A DNA stretch of 64,000 nt from Candidatus Dadabacteria bacterium (GTDB lineage Bacteria; Desulfobacterota_D; UBA1144; Nemesobacterales; CSP1-2): contig CAWDVW010000006.1 of NCBI GenBank assembly GCA_963805855.1, positions 260,876-324,875 on the forward strand, written 5' to 3'. Both the position numbers and the translations under genes were made by a program. Of this stretch, positions 9,020 through 19,895 are shown in pieces. Position 1 is the first letter of the stretch. Each line of letters starts with the position of its first letter. Below the pieces are notes generated by a model, which was given only the letters and a program-made list of their open reading frames with translations, was not told the DNA's origin and made no database searches.

Positions 9020-9838
9020 TCATAGTACATCTCCGAAGGCGGGTTTTAATTTTTTAAAGATGAGCCCTCCGATTGCAAATGTGAATAGACTGAGTAAAAA
9101 GAGGTACGAAACGCCTTCGATATTTATATTGATATCGGCTGTTCGCAAAAGACTTACACGATACCCTTCTATCGAATATATAATTGGGTTCAATCCGTAA
9201 ACACCTTGCCAAAATTTAGGAATAAGATGCCGAGGGTAAATTATCGGCGTCAGAAAAAACCAGACGTTTACAAAAACTCCTATGATTTGCCCGATGTCTC
9301 GCAGAAAAACGTTGAGTGCAGAGAGCATCCAAGATAATCCGAGAGCAAATATTGCAGTTGTGAGTAATATTGGAATGATCAATAGAATTTTTAATGTTAT
9401 ACTATACCCAAAAAACACAAGAAGACCGATAAAAATCACCACACCGATTAAGTGATTGATAATGGCTGCAATAAGAAGTGTAAAAGGCAATATCTCAGAT
9501 GGAAATACGGTCTTACTGACCAAGCTCGACTGCTCTAGGACCGCTCCTGGAGATCGAGTTAAGACATCCGCGAAAAACATCCAAGGCAGTAGACCGGCTA
9601 CCAGCCAAACTGCGAAATTGGTTCCACCGTATTCGGGTCCTAATTTTATTTTTAAAATTACAGAAAACACAAAATAGTAAATGAGAAGTTGTGTTAGAGG
9701 ATGAATGATTGACCAGAAAATCCCAAGAAATGATCCAACATGCCTTGCACGGATGTCACGGATTGCCATGCTCCAGATCATATACCTATTCCTATAAACA
9801 CTAATAGTAAAATTTAAGAAATCCCTTAAAATTTGCAT
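9020..9838 (-). CDS. wzm: Polysaccharide ABC exporter permease (copy 1, intact)
   Basis: RDIRARHVGSFLGIFWSIIHPL, GLLPWMFF, FLTPIIYP; directly upstream of wzt. Confidence 0.93.
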   Translation of the reverse strand: MQILRDFLNFTISVYRNRYMIWSMAIRDIRARHVGSFLGIFWSIIHPLTQLLIYYFVFSVILKIKLGPEYGGTNFAVWLVAGLLPWMFFADVLTRSPGAVLEQSSLVSKTVFPSEILPFTLLIAAIINHLIGVVIFIGLLVFFGYSITLKILLIIPILLTTAIFALGLSWMLSALNVFLRDIGQIIGVFVNVWFFLTPIIYPRHLIPKFWQGVYGLNPIIYSIEGYRVSLLRTADININIEGVSYLFLLSLFTFAIGGLIFKKLKPAFGDVL

Positions 9839-10335
9839 TTGCGCTAATTAATCCGCGGTGCAATTCTGACTTGCCTATATTTAAGGCACAAAATAACATT
9901 CCGTTAAATTCATCGTATCGGAATTTCATCCATAGCATTTTTCGGTATGCCGATATTCGATATATGGTCAGATACAATAATTAATGGCTTTCATTGACGT
10001 GAGAGTAGAATGGGTCTAGTCCCGCTCTCGCAAATTGGATTCGATCTGTTGACATTAGCTAAAAAAAATCTCATCTGCAGATATCAATAAACCTTCACAG
10101 CTACTAACTTAAGATTATTGCTTACGTTAGTTTACTTTACTTAGATTGACGTTATAAGCACATCCACTGCCATCGCATGTATATATCATTCGCACAAGTT
10201 ATCCCTTCAAATTGGGCGGCCACAAGTTTAAGCGGAATCGAATCTGAAAGAGTATTATATTGTCTAACATTGAATACACATTTTCAATGGCATTCTTGAT
10301 AATTACCAATTCTGAAGCTTGTTTGTAACTAATAT

Positions 10336-11913
10336 TCACGTAGGAGGTATGTTCCGACGGAGGAATTGCTCGTTGCTCGGCAATTGAGGTGTCTCAACAG
10401 GCTCGAAATTTGTCATAATGTATCTCCACACGAGGGAATGAGTATTGCGAAAGCGAAGATCATCCCGTCCATCTAATGCTACATCACGCAGAAGAACCCA
10501 GTTTACTCTATTATTTGTCAAATCTTGAATCATAATTTTCTGCTTGTCAATGGTTTCCCGATGAAGTAGATACGTATCATATACGGGGGCCTTGAGTTTT
10601 AAGATTGCGTAAAGACCAGGCGAAAAAGGTGCAATGAGTAATCCTTCGCGTGGAGCAACATGCTGGGCAACCAGTCGCTTGACAATGTCAATATAATCGG
10701 CCTGGTCTTTTGGCAGCCAAAGCTGATCACCATTGATGCTATACTGAATTAGTTGATCATTAAATCGGAGTTTGAACATATACGGGTTATCTGTAACGAT
10801 CATGGCAAAAACAGTGCCAGTAAGAATTAAAACCACTAGACCTACAGCCAAGCCTTTATGATGATGTAAGATCAATGTATATAGCAGAGCCACGGAACCT
10901 AACAAGAATGGATGGATACTCTCATCGAGATGTGGAAGGTCAGCCCGGCTAAAAGCGTGATGCAGGTAAAATATTCCTACAAAGGAAGAGGCAATTAGTA
11001 ACGAATTACGTTGGACATCACTTGATTTGCACCTTAACGACCATATGATTGAAAAAACATAAAAAATCGGAATAACCAAAAAGAACAAACCCAAGAAGAA
11101 ACTGGATGCGCCGTTTAATATATCCAATTGAGTATAGTCAACAGTCCAAGGCCAGGGGACCGGTAAAAATATATTGGTATGGATAAATCCATTTTTAAGA
11201 TGTTTTAATACTTTAACAAGGAACGCATCGTACATACCAGAAACAAAAAGCAGCATAAGCAGCATAGGAATATACCCTGCGATAATCCCGGCACTCCAGA
11301 CTCCGTATCGCCTAAGTATGTTACTTTGCTTTTCCTTCAGCCACATAAAAAGTATGAGCATAAAAAATGCCAAGAAGGTATACAAGCCATGATTACGCCC
11401 CATCAGTGCCGCCAGGCCGACAAATAAGCCGGAAAAGAAATAACGTTTAGAGACTGGTTCTTCGATTAGACAGACCGCTATATAAACTGCTGCCATGGCA
11501 ACGCTAGGCTCAAATAACTTTTGCCAATGATACATATTCTGCATCCACACTAGTAATAATAACCCCACGAAACCTAATACCCACCAGTTTTTAACGACTC
11601 GTCTAGCGGCTAACAGTCCTAAGGTTAAACCTATTACCTGAAACATAGCTAAGGACAGCCGGAAGGCCATAATTCCCTGCCCAAATATTAAACCCCATGC
11701 TGCACCCCAGTAATATCGCCCAGGATCATAGGACCGAAAATCTAACATGGGGATATCACCAGCCGCCGTGCGAATAGTTCCATACCACACATAGCCTTCA
11801 TCAGCCAAGTTCAAACCAATATTGGCTTGGAGTAAAAAAGAGAGGCTTACGAGGACCAGAGCAATTAGAAGCGTATACAAAACTTCATGCTGCTGTGATT
11901 TATCTGCTGTCAT
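10336..11913 (-). CDS. Polytopic membrane protein, GT-C-like (lipid-linked sugar transferase candidate)
   Basis: About 11-12 hydrophobic segments; LADEGY...GDIPMLDFRSYDPG first-loop acidic motif; soluble C-terminal domain. Confidence 0.65.
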   Translation of the reverse strand: MTADKSQQHEVLYTLLIALVLVSLSFLLQANIGLNLADEGYVWYGTIRTAAGDIPMLDFRSYDPGRYYWGAAWGLIFGQGIMAFRLSLAMFQVIGLTLGLLAARRVVKNWWVLGFVGLLLLVWMQNMYHWQKLFEPSVAMAAVYIAVCLIEEPVSKRYFFSGLFVGLAALMGRNHGLYTFLAFFMLILFMWLKEKQSNILRRYGVWSAGIIAGYIPMLLMLLFVSGMYDAFLVKVLKHLKNGFIHTNIFLPVPWPWTVDYTQLDILNGASSFFLGLFFLVIPIFYVFSIIWSLRCKSSDVQRNSLLIASSFVGIFYLHHAFSRADLPHLDESIHPFLLGSVALLYTLILHHHKGLAVGLVVLILTGTVFAMIVTDNPYMFKLRFNDQLIQYSINGDQLWLPKDQADYIDIVKRLVAQHVAPREGLLIAPFSPGLYAILKLKAPVYDTYLLHRETIDKQKIMIQDLTNNRVNWVLLRDVALDGRDDLRFRNTHSLVWRYIMTNFEPVETPQLPSNEQFLRRNIPPT

Positions 11914-12176
11914 ATTTATGGTAAGTCCGTGTGGTTAGTTATCTCTTCGAGCTATGAAACCAAAATGCTTCGTAATTTCAGCGCTAAGCTGATTCTTGGA
12001 TGACGCAAATTTATCTAGTAGATATAAATGAATATTGATACAAAATAATTTGACCGATATCTGTGAAATCTCTTTCTTGCTAACTGGCGGCTTTAGTTAC
12101 TTCCTTAACTGTATCCGAATATAATTGACTATCAGACCTGGTTATGGGAGGCCAGAATATTAAAGGCTAGTGGTGA

Positions 12177-13310
12177 TTACCCTCCGAGAATTGTATAAAC
12201 AGCTTCAACGACCCGTCCAATGTCTCTCTCTTCCATCCCGACCCACAGCGGTAAGCGAATCAAACAATTGCTTGCTAATTGCGTGTGTGGTAGATCAGCA
12301 CTGGCCCTTCCATATCTTTTGCCAGCCGGAGCCGTGTGCAGGGGAACATAGTGAAAGAAAGCTTGAATGCCGGCCGCCTCCAAGTGTTCCAATACTAACG
12401 TACGATGTTCAAAACTAGGTAAAATCAGGTAATATAAATGCCCATTGTGCCGACATTCAGTAGGAACAATGGGGCGACGTACCTGCTTTTGTCCTTCTAG
12501 TTCGACAAATGCCTGGTGATAGTGTCTCCATATATCCAACCTATGTTGAGTAATGAGTTCTGCTCCCTCCAATTGCGCATAGAGATAAGCAGCCGTGATT
12601 TCACTGGGCAGAAACGATGAACCTATATCAACCCACGTGTACTTATCAACCTGGCCGCGAAAGAATTGACTTCGGTTTGTGCCTTTCTCCCAAATAATCT
12701 CAGCCCGCTCAGCCAAATTTGGATAGTTAATGAGCAGGGCTCCTCCATGACCCGAGATAAGATTTTTGCTCTCGTGAAAACTAAGCGTGGCCATGTGACC
12801 TATGCTACCCAGTGGACGCTCCTTATACGTAGACATGATTGTCTGAGCTGCATCCTCGATCACCAACAAACCGTAACGGTCAGCAATAGCCATAATGGCA
12901 TCCATCTCGCAAGCCACGCCAGCGTAATGTACTGGCACGATGGCTTTGGTGCGGGAAGTAATAGCGGCTTCGATCTTAGTTTCGTCAAGATTGAGAGTAT
13001 CATGGCGAATATCAACAAAGACCGGAACCCCGCCTCGGAGAGCAAAGGCGTTTGCTGTAGAGACAAACGTGTAAGAGGGCATGATCACTTCATCACCAGG
13101 CTGGATATCCCCGAGGATCGCGGCCATCTCGAGAGCACCAGTGCAAGAGTGCGTTAAAAAGGCACGATGGCAACTGATTTGTCTTTCTAACCACGCATGA
13201 CATTTCTTCGTGAACACTCCACTGCCCGACAGGTGTCCATTCGCAATGGCTTGTTGAATGTAATCTAACTCTCTTCCCACCAAGTGTGGGCGGTTGAAAT
13301 AAATATACAC
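12177..13310 (-). CDS. rffA: dTDP-4-amino-4,6-dideoxygalactose transaminase (DegT family)
   Basis: LTHSCTGALEMAA, IEDAAQ, SFHESKN (PLP Lys), EKGTNRSQFFRGQVDKYTWVDIGSS. Confidence 0.93.
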   Translation of the reverse strand: MYIYFNRPHLVGRELDYIQQAIANGHLSGSGVFTKKCHAWLERQISCHRAFLTHSCTGALEMAAILGDIQPGDEVIMPSYTFVSTANAFALRGGVPVFVDIRHDTLNLDETKIEAAITSRTKAIVPVHYAGVACEMDAIMAIADRYGLLVIEDAAQTIMSTYKERPLGSIGHMATLSFHESKNLISGHGGALLINYPNLAERAEIIWEKGTNRSQFFRGQVDKYTWVDIGSSFLPSEITAAYLYAQLEGAELITQHRLDIWRHYHQAFVELEGQKQVRRPIVPTECRHNGHLYYLILPSFEHRTLVLEHLEAAGIQAFFHYVPLHTAPAGKRYGRASADLPHTQLASNCLIRLPLWVGMEERDIGRVVEAVYTILGG

Positions 13311-13782
13311 TTAGCTCAACCTTCTAGACTATTTGGCGATTGACGAAGGCATTTCTGGATATAAAGAAGTGTTTGCAAAAATACGAATTGGAGGAAGGAT
13401 CTTAACCATAGCAGTAATCAAGAAAATCGCGTATGTAACTTACCGGTCGCTATTCCCGTTGGTCCCACATAGAGTATACATCGCAGTTCTTCTAGATTTG
13501 TAGCAATGAGCGGCCGATAAAACGTGATTTTATTTGTGAGTGACTCCCATTCGTTAGTTTCCGAATTTTCTTTTGTTTGTAGCTAATTGAAGCAAAGAAA
13601 GAATTGACCGTAGCAAGTAGCTTGTTTGTACCGAGCAGATAACATGGTGATTAGTCAACAATCATTAATGAGGCAAAAGAGTTGTGTGACTCCAATACTG
13701 CTGGCAGAGGAAAATCATACAGTAAACGAAATGATGATTTAGAATGGATGATCACATCCTATATTCAACATCATGAATTATA

Positions 13783-14424
13783 TTACACTGAGTGTAACTT
13801 AAAGGCCTTAAGAAAATATTGATAAGCCGGTTTTGAAATAAAAGGTCGCATCTTTGTCCAGTAATGTACCATTTGTATTTTATACTCGATTGATCTTTCT
13901 TTGAGTCGGTCTAAAGACTCCAAATTGTTTGCTGTATTAATTTCTAGCAAAATACTAAATTCTTTTAATGTGATTGGGTAGTTTTCTTCGTGAAATCTAT
14001 CATAGAAATCGATACGGTTGGTACCATTATTCAACTTGTCGATATTGCTGTACAAATCCTTTCTGTCACAAGCACAAAATAAATAGGCATAGTGCTCACT
14101 CTCATCCCCGATAAGCGCACGAACTTGATCTCTTGCCTCAAAAGATAGACACTGGTAAATAAATCTTTCCGTTCCATAGATGCTGTGAAAGAGTCCCGCC
14201 AGACAAATTGTTTCTACATTACCCCAACTTAATAGTAAATTGTATGTGCTGATTAAATGATCAAGCAAAGACCTATCCTTGGCATATGTAACTTTGCTTA
14301 CAGAATGTGTCTCAAGAAACTCGAGTATTGGGGCTGAAATTTTACTGGTATCCTCTAACAATCCTAAGTCAGAAATCATATATTTATTGGTATTTTCACC
14401 TTTAGTGTCTTTGAATAAGGACAT
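13783..14424 (-). CDS. DUF6817-like (HD-related) protein
   Basis: SLLDHL...WG...LAGLFHSIYGTE...REQVR-like (RDQVRALIG) pattern. Confidence 0.7.
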   Translation of the reverse strand: MSLFKDTKGENTNKYMISDLGLLEDTSKISAPILEFLETHSVSKVTYAKDRSLLDHLISTYNLLLSWGNVETICLAGLFHSIYGTERFIYQCLSFEARDQVRALIGDESEHYAYLFCACDRKDLYSNIDKLNNGTNRIDFYDRFHEENYPITLKEFSILLEINTANNLESLDRLKERSIEYKIQMVHYWTKMRPFISKPAYQYFLKAFKLHSV

Positions 14425-15151
14425 TACTTATACTGTTCTCCCTTAATGGCTTTCTAGAAATCAGATATTAACTCATTTTATGCATAAACCTTTTCTTTTC
14501 TCATTATTTCGCAACGATAAGCTCAATCGAGTCATACCTTTCCTGACTAGCCACATTTTTCCTTGAAAACAAGCCTTCTTTCCTCCAAGCATAGTCTTAT
14601 ATCTGGCTCGTCGTTGCCCTTTTCTTGTGAATTGACGAACGTCACCTGTTAAGGCTCCTACTTGCATCTCCTTTAACTTCCGATTTCAATATCCTCTCTG
14701 TTGCTTTAGCCAAGCTAGAGTCTCAATCCTCCTCTCTGGTTCTTAATATATCTTATGGTAAGCCCGGTACGAAACGGATGCGTCGTTTAGTTCGATATAG
14801 CTTCAGTGTAGTCAACAGTCCGATGCTTCGGCCAATAGAACCCACCGTAGTTATTCGACAGCGATGCGTCCTTAAGCACCGGACAATCATTTAATACTAA
14901 TCTCAGCTGCGTACGCCCCATGTTCGGAGGCCGACTAGTCGACCTATCCCCAGCCCTCTTCCCAGGAAATTTCGGCTATGAAATCTGCACGGTGCCTACT
15001 GGGCATTCCTGCCAATTTAGGTGAAACTTATATTGACCCGTTGTCTTTCACAGCCCTGAATTTTAGGACTACTTTCCAATTCTATCAACGTTTTAATGGA
15101 CTTCTTGGCCATGAAATCTCACATATTCATAGTTTAGGAACAATACCAGCA

Positions 15152-16411
15152 TCACCACTCGACACCTTCGATGCCTGTTGGTGTCTCAACCTCTACCACT
15201 AGGGTTTCCTGAATTGTACTAATTGTCTCTTGGCAAGCCAATCTATCTTTGCCGTAAACTAAAATTGGCCCCAGTCTCATTGTTTTATCTGTAATTCGCC
15301 TTATTCGTCTGCCGACCTCAAGATCTGAAAAGTACGCTTTATGCACTCCCGACAAGGATTTGACCTTGTCGATGCCACTTATCTGACAAATGATCCCTTC
15401 GGGAAGATAAAAACATACATAACCGGCAGCCACACGTTCATAAAGTTTACTTTTGTCAATCACAACATTTTTTTGTCTTCCAGAGGCGAGCTCGACGAGG
15501 AGAGAATTCACATTTAGACCACACACGAGAGGTACCAAATCAGAAGAGACAAAAACCCCGCCACCCCGTATTGCGGTCTCAATCAAACGTACCTCACCGG
15601 TCTCACTGTTAACTAAATAGTCACTGTGCGTGATACCAAATCTTGGCCCAAAACCTTTAATAAGACGAAAATTCAAGTCCAGAACCTTCTGCTTCAAATC
15701 TGCTCTGAGAAGGGATGGGAACATTATTCGCTTCGGGATGAACATGTCAGGAAAATCAAAGTAATACGCATCGCCAATCGCCAAATTCGAAAACGCAAAG
15801 TCTGATGCAAAGCCTTCTACTCTTACTCCCTTTCCGGAAAAGAATTCTTCCAAGATGACTAGCCCACAAGTAGAATAGGCTTTAGCATTTTTAAACTTAT
15901 CCTCAAGCTCGTCTTTATGGTGCACCATACTGACTCCACGGCTGCCTTGGCTATCAACAGGCTTAATTACTAGGGGAAAGCCAAGATCCTCTCCTTTTTC
16001 ACGGGCTTCCTTTAGTGACGAAGCCTGAGAATATTTTGGGACTGGAACACCAATCACTTCACAAAATTGACGCATCTTGTACTTATTAGTAAAACGCAGG
16101 GCGCAATCATACCCAATACCCGGCAACCCTAATTGTTCAGCAACATAAGCGACAGCGGAAACAGAAGTATCTGTTTGATCGGTCAATATTCCACATATCC
16201 CTTCTAGCCTAGCAATCTCAAGTATCCTCTCTTTTTCGCGTACATCGACTTCGTGATATCTATCCGCGATTGAAAATCCGGGGTAATTGCCAGAAATGCT
16301 AACCGCTATTGTCTCGAATCCCATTTGCTGCGCTTTTCTGATTATCGGGACCTGATATTTCCCAGCTCCAAGGATCATTAACTTCTGCTTGCTCATCAAT
16401 GTTAATTTCAT
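15152..16411 (-). CDS. ATP-grasp ligase (carboxylate-amine ligase type)
   Basis: LMILGAGKYQ, TNKYKMR, PLVIKPVDSQGSRGV, LIETAIRGGG. Confidence 0.88.
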   Translation of the reverse strand: MKLTLMSKQKLMILGAGKYQVPIIRKAQQMGFETIAVSISGNYPGFSIADRYHEVDVREKERILEIARLEGICGILTDQTDTSVSAVAYVAEQLGLPGIGYDCALRFTNKYKMRQFCEVIGVPVPKYSQASSLKEAREKGEDLGFPLVIKPVDSQGSRGVSMVHHKDELEDKFKNAKAYSTCGLVILEEFFSGKGVRVEGFASDFAFSNLAIGDAYYFDFPDMFIPKRIMFPSLLRADLKQKVLDLNFRLIKGFGPRFGITHSDYLVNSETGEVRLIETAIRGGGVFVSSDLVPLVCGLNVNSLLVELASGRQKNVVIDKSKLYERVAAGYVCFYLPEGIICQISGIDKVKSLSGVHKAYFSDLEVGRRIRRITDKTMRLGPILVYGKDRLACQETISTIQETLVVEVETPTGIEGVEW

Positions 16412-16509
16412 TTGTTTAGAATATCCAATAGTCTAATCACCTGTAACCAATTCAAGAAGAGTTTTACACAGGTATTATTCATGGTCTCGAGTCAAAAAGG
16501 CTGCGCAGG

Positions 16510-16592
16510 TAGTTAATGAGCAGGGCCTTCACCACAAAGAGCGTGTTTGGTTTCGTTGGAGATTAAGTTTGCCTAATGACCAATGCTATCCA
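16510..16592 (-). pseudogene. Degraded fragment of a second rffA/wecE copy
   Basis: tagttaatgagcagggc is identical to 12724-12740 of rffA; adjacent tgaccaatgctatcc resembles tgacctatgctaccc (GSIGH region). Confidence 0.65.
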
Positions 16593-16599
16593 TCTACGC

Positions 16600-17547
16600 T
16601 CATTCTAGCTTAGGCTTCTGGTATAGCTTTCTGATAATGTAAGCAGGCCTACTTTCAATGCCTGCAATTATCCTCGTTAAATACTCACCGGTCACCCCTA
16701 CTGAAAATAGGATTAGACCATTGGCAATTAAAACGACTAGAATTAGCGATGTCCAACCCGGAACAGATATATCAAATATTAAACTCCTGAAGATATAAAA
16801 AATGCTTAGTACAAGACTGATTACTGATACACTAATCCCTATAATGGTTATAATTCTTGGGAGGAAGGCAGAATTGTTAATCAATAAATTAGAAAAAGTT
16901 TGCAGCCCTTTGCTGAAGGAGTAATTTGAATCTCCAAACTTTCGCGTGCCGTGCTCAACGTTAACAGTGGCGATATCCCGTGTGGTGTGCAGAATCAATG
17001 ACGAAATAATTGGGTAGGGCGTTTTAATTCTTAACATCGATTTTACGATGGCTGACTTATAAAGCCTGAAGGGCCCCATTTGAATATGAGAGGGTTTACC
17101 GAGCAGTTTGTAGTCGAACCAGCCCTTGGTACTACTGGTAAGCTTCTTGAACCAAGAATGTTGTTTGGTAGCAAAGGCTCCCATAACAACATCATGTTCC
17201 TTTCTTTCTATAAATTTTGGTATATCCTCTGGGAAATGTTGCAAGTCGTCATCTAGCGTGAAAATGTAATCTCCTTGGGCTTGTTCAAATCCACACATGA
17301 CGGCACCAGGCTTACCAAAATTTCGCATCAGTTGAACGATTTTGACGTGATTATATTTATCTGCCAAGCATTTCATGGTCGGCCACGTTTCGGGATTTGG
17401 GGAACCATCATCGACCAATATAACCTCATACGTTTCGTGGACAATGTTACCGAAAACATTATCCAAACGCTCGACCAATTCGACTAACGATGTGGTACTG
17501 TTATAAACCGGAATCACCACGGAATAGGTAGTTCTATCTAGAGACAT
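16600..17547 (-). CDS. Polyprenyl-phosphate glycosyltransferase, GT2 ArnC/GtrB-like
   Basis: YSVVIPVYN, LVDDGS, RNFGK, TLDDDLQH, two C-terminal TM helices, GEYL. Start probably MSLDR (ORF track 17625). Confidence 0.9.
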   Translation of the reverse strand: MSLDRTTYSVVIPVYNSTTSLVELVERLDNVFGNIVHETYEVILVDDGSPNPETWPTMKCLADKYNHVKIVQLMRNFGKPGAVMCGFEQAQGDYIFTLDDDLQHFPEDIPKFIERKEHDVVMGAFATKQHSWFKKLTSSTKGWFDYKLLGKPSHIQMGPFRLYKSAIVKSMLRIKTPYPIISSLILHTTRDIATVNVEHGTRKFGDSNYSFSKGLQTFSNLLINNSAFLPRIITIIGISVSVISLVLSIFYIFRSLIFDISVPGWTSLILVVLIANGLILFSVGVTGEYLTRIIAGIESRPAYIIRKLYQKPKLE

Positions 17548-18083
17548 TTCTAGTAGTTCGTAACATGGATTTAATTCTTTGGTAAGTCTTTGGAAAAATG
17601 TACTAAAGCATTTGGCTTTCTCCATCTAAGTGGGTTTGGATATATCTCAGCCGCTGTATTTCTTCTCGAATTTGACTGGAAGTCCTCGGTTGCTCTCACA
17701 ACAGGCCCCGCAATGTCAAAATGATGAATAGATTTTGTTAGGGAGCATAAAAAGATGACGGGTAAAATAGTTTAGAGCTTAAATTCACGGGTGATTGAGG
17801 AGCCTACCTTTTTAATTACAGTGGCCTTGGCCAATTTCCCTTTTGATCAGCATCCTTGTTTATGTTACGAAATCTCAAACACCTCTGGTGGGAATTGTAA
17901 TACCTCGCAGTCGAGTATCCTTGTTAAAAGACCGTAAAATGCACCGCGTCAGTTGTTACACTCAGACTCTGTCATGCAGGTCTTGTTAAGTCGCGACCTT
18001 GAAATCATTAGCTGGAGAAGTTTTTTGTAAAAGTTGCAATACCAGCTTTCTTTTCAGTTTCCGACAAGATTTAAGAAGTAAGC

Positions 18084-18896
18084 TCATAGTGCATTTGCTA
18101 AGGCGGGTTTTAGTTTCCTAAAGATCAGCCCACCTACTGCAAACGTGACGAGTCCTAGTAACAAGAGGTATAAGAGTCCTTAAATATTTACATTTAAGGT
18201 TCCCAAAAATCCTGCACGATAACCTTCTACGGAATAAAGCATAGGATTCAAACCGAAAAGAAGTTGCAAATTTTCTGGAATGCCATGCCTCGGATAGACT
18301 ATCGGAGTTAAGAAGAACCAAATATTCACAAGCACACCAATGACCTGCCCGATGTCTCGCAGAAAAACGTTGAGTGCAGAGAGCATCCAAGATAATCCGA
18401 GAGCAAATATTGCAGTTGTGAGTAATATTGGAATGATCAATAGAATTTTTAATGTTATACTATACCCAAAAAACACAAGAAGACCGATAAAAATCACCAC
18501 ACCGATTAAGTGATTGATAATGGCTGCAATAAGAAGTGTAAAAGGCAATATCTCAGATGGAAATACGGTCTTACTGACCAAGCTCGACTGCTCTAGGACC
18601 GCTCCTGGAGATCGAGTTAAGACATCCGCGAAAAACATCCAAGGCAGTAGACCGGCTACCAGCCAAACTGCGAAATTGGTTCCACCGTATTCGGGTCCTA
18701 ATTTTATTTTTAAAATTACAGAAAACACAAAATAGTAAATGAGAAGTTGTGTTAGAGGATGAATGATTGACCAGAAAATCCCAAGAAATGATCCAACATA
18801 CCTTGCACGGATGTCACGGATTGCCATGCTCTTTATCATGTAGGAGTTATGATACACCATAACAAGAAAACTAAAGAAATCGTTTATGATTTGCAT
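18084..18896 (-). pseudogene. wzm: Second wzm permease with a premature in-frame TAA at 18180-18182
   Basis: After ...NVNI* the same frame continues GLLYLLLLGLVTFAVGGLIFRKLKPALANAL*, matching the copy-1 C-terminus, which has GAA (Glu) at that codon. Confidence 0.85.
18346..18831. repeat. ~486-bp near-identical direct repeat of 9288-9773 (wzm core)
   Basis: Constant offset of 9058 bp; one mismatch noticed (His/Tyr codon); flanks diverged. Confidence 0.92.
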
Positions 18897-19009
18897 ATCA
18901 AATTTTGATTTCGAGCTTAGCGTTAGCAATCTTAAGCCTTTTCTTTCGGCAACACTTTGAGCTAATTATAATTCGCTCGTCTAAAAGAAGTACTAAGTAT
19001 CTTGTGAAA

Positions 19010-19839
19010 TCATGTTTCTAAAGTAAATTCCTTTAGAGCGTCCTCCCACAATGGCATGATGATACTGACTTTCCTAAGCCGCGCGTTACTTAGTACTGAA
19101 TAAGAAGGTCTTTGGGCAGCTCTTGAGATTTCACACGTTTTTATAGGGATAATTTCTGTACCAAAACTACTAAATTTCACGATTTGTTGAGCAAAATCAT
19201 ACCAGGAACAATCTCCCTCTCCGGAAGCATGATAGATTCCATAATCATCGATGGGGATCAATTTGTTAATGCATTCTGCCAGGTCCCTTGCATAGGTAGG
19301 ACAGCCTATCTGGTCGTTGACAACTTTTATTTCTTCCTTAACTTTCGCAAGGTCTAAAATCGTATTAACAAAGTTCTTCTCTGAGTTGCCATAAAGCCAG
19401 GACGTCCTAATTACAAAAAATCTGGAACAGATATCCTTTACAAGATCCTCTCCACTTAATTTTGTTTTTCCGTAGACATTCAATGGATTTGGTGCATCTG
19501 TCTCTATATATGGCTCCCTTTTTCGACCGTCAAATACATAATCAGTTGACATATAAAATTAGTTTTGCCTTGATTTCTTCGGATGCGGTGGCGACGTTCT
19601 CAGTTCCTAAGGAATTTACATCCCATGCAAGCTCCGGATTTTCTTCACACCCGTCGACATCGGTATAGGCAGCCGTGTGTATTATGATTTCGGGTTTTAG
19701 TTCTATAATCTTTGGTATTATTTCAGAGTCTGTAATATCTATTTCATTGTGGGTTGGAGTAAGGAGCTCATCCACGTTTAAAACGTTTCTTAGTTCTCTG
19801 CCCAAGCTGACCGGTTGCGCCGGTAATTAGTATTCTCAT
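19010..19839 (-). pseudogene. rfbD: dTDP-4-dehydrorhamnose reductase split by two +1 frameshifts (pseudogene or sequencing indels)
   Basis: ATG 19839 MRILITGATGQLG; extra G near 19802; HTAAYTDVDGCE; extra T near 19556; STDYVFDG, YGKTK. Confidence 0.88.
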
Positions 19840-19863
19840 CGTTCGACTGTTTTTCTATCTAAA

Positions 19864-19894
19864 TATTCAGCCACAAAGACACTAAGACACTAAG
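19864..19894. repeat. Inverted-repeat arm downstream of GxxExxY (8-bp periodic)
   Basis: tattcagccacaaagacactaagacactaag; 25/31 identical to the reverse complement of 20296-20326. Confidence 0.9.
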
Positions 19895-19895
19895 A

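Noticed and set aside
14473-14667. 64-aa basic ORF as a RiPP precursor or toxin
   Set aside because: No supporting motif or neighbouring maturase
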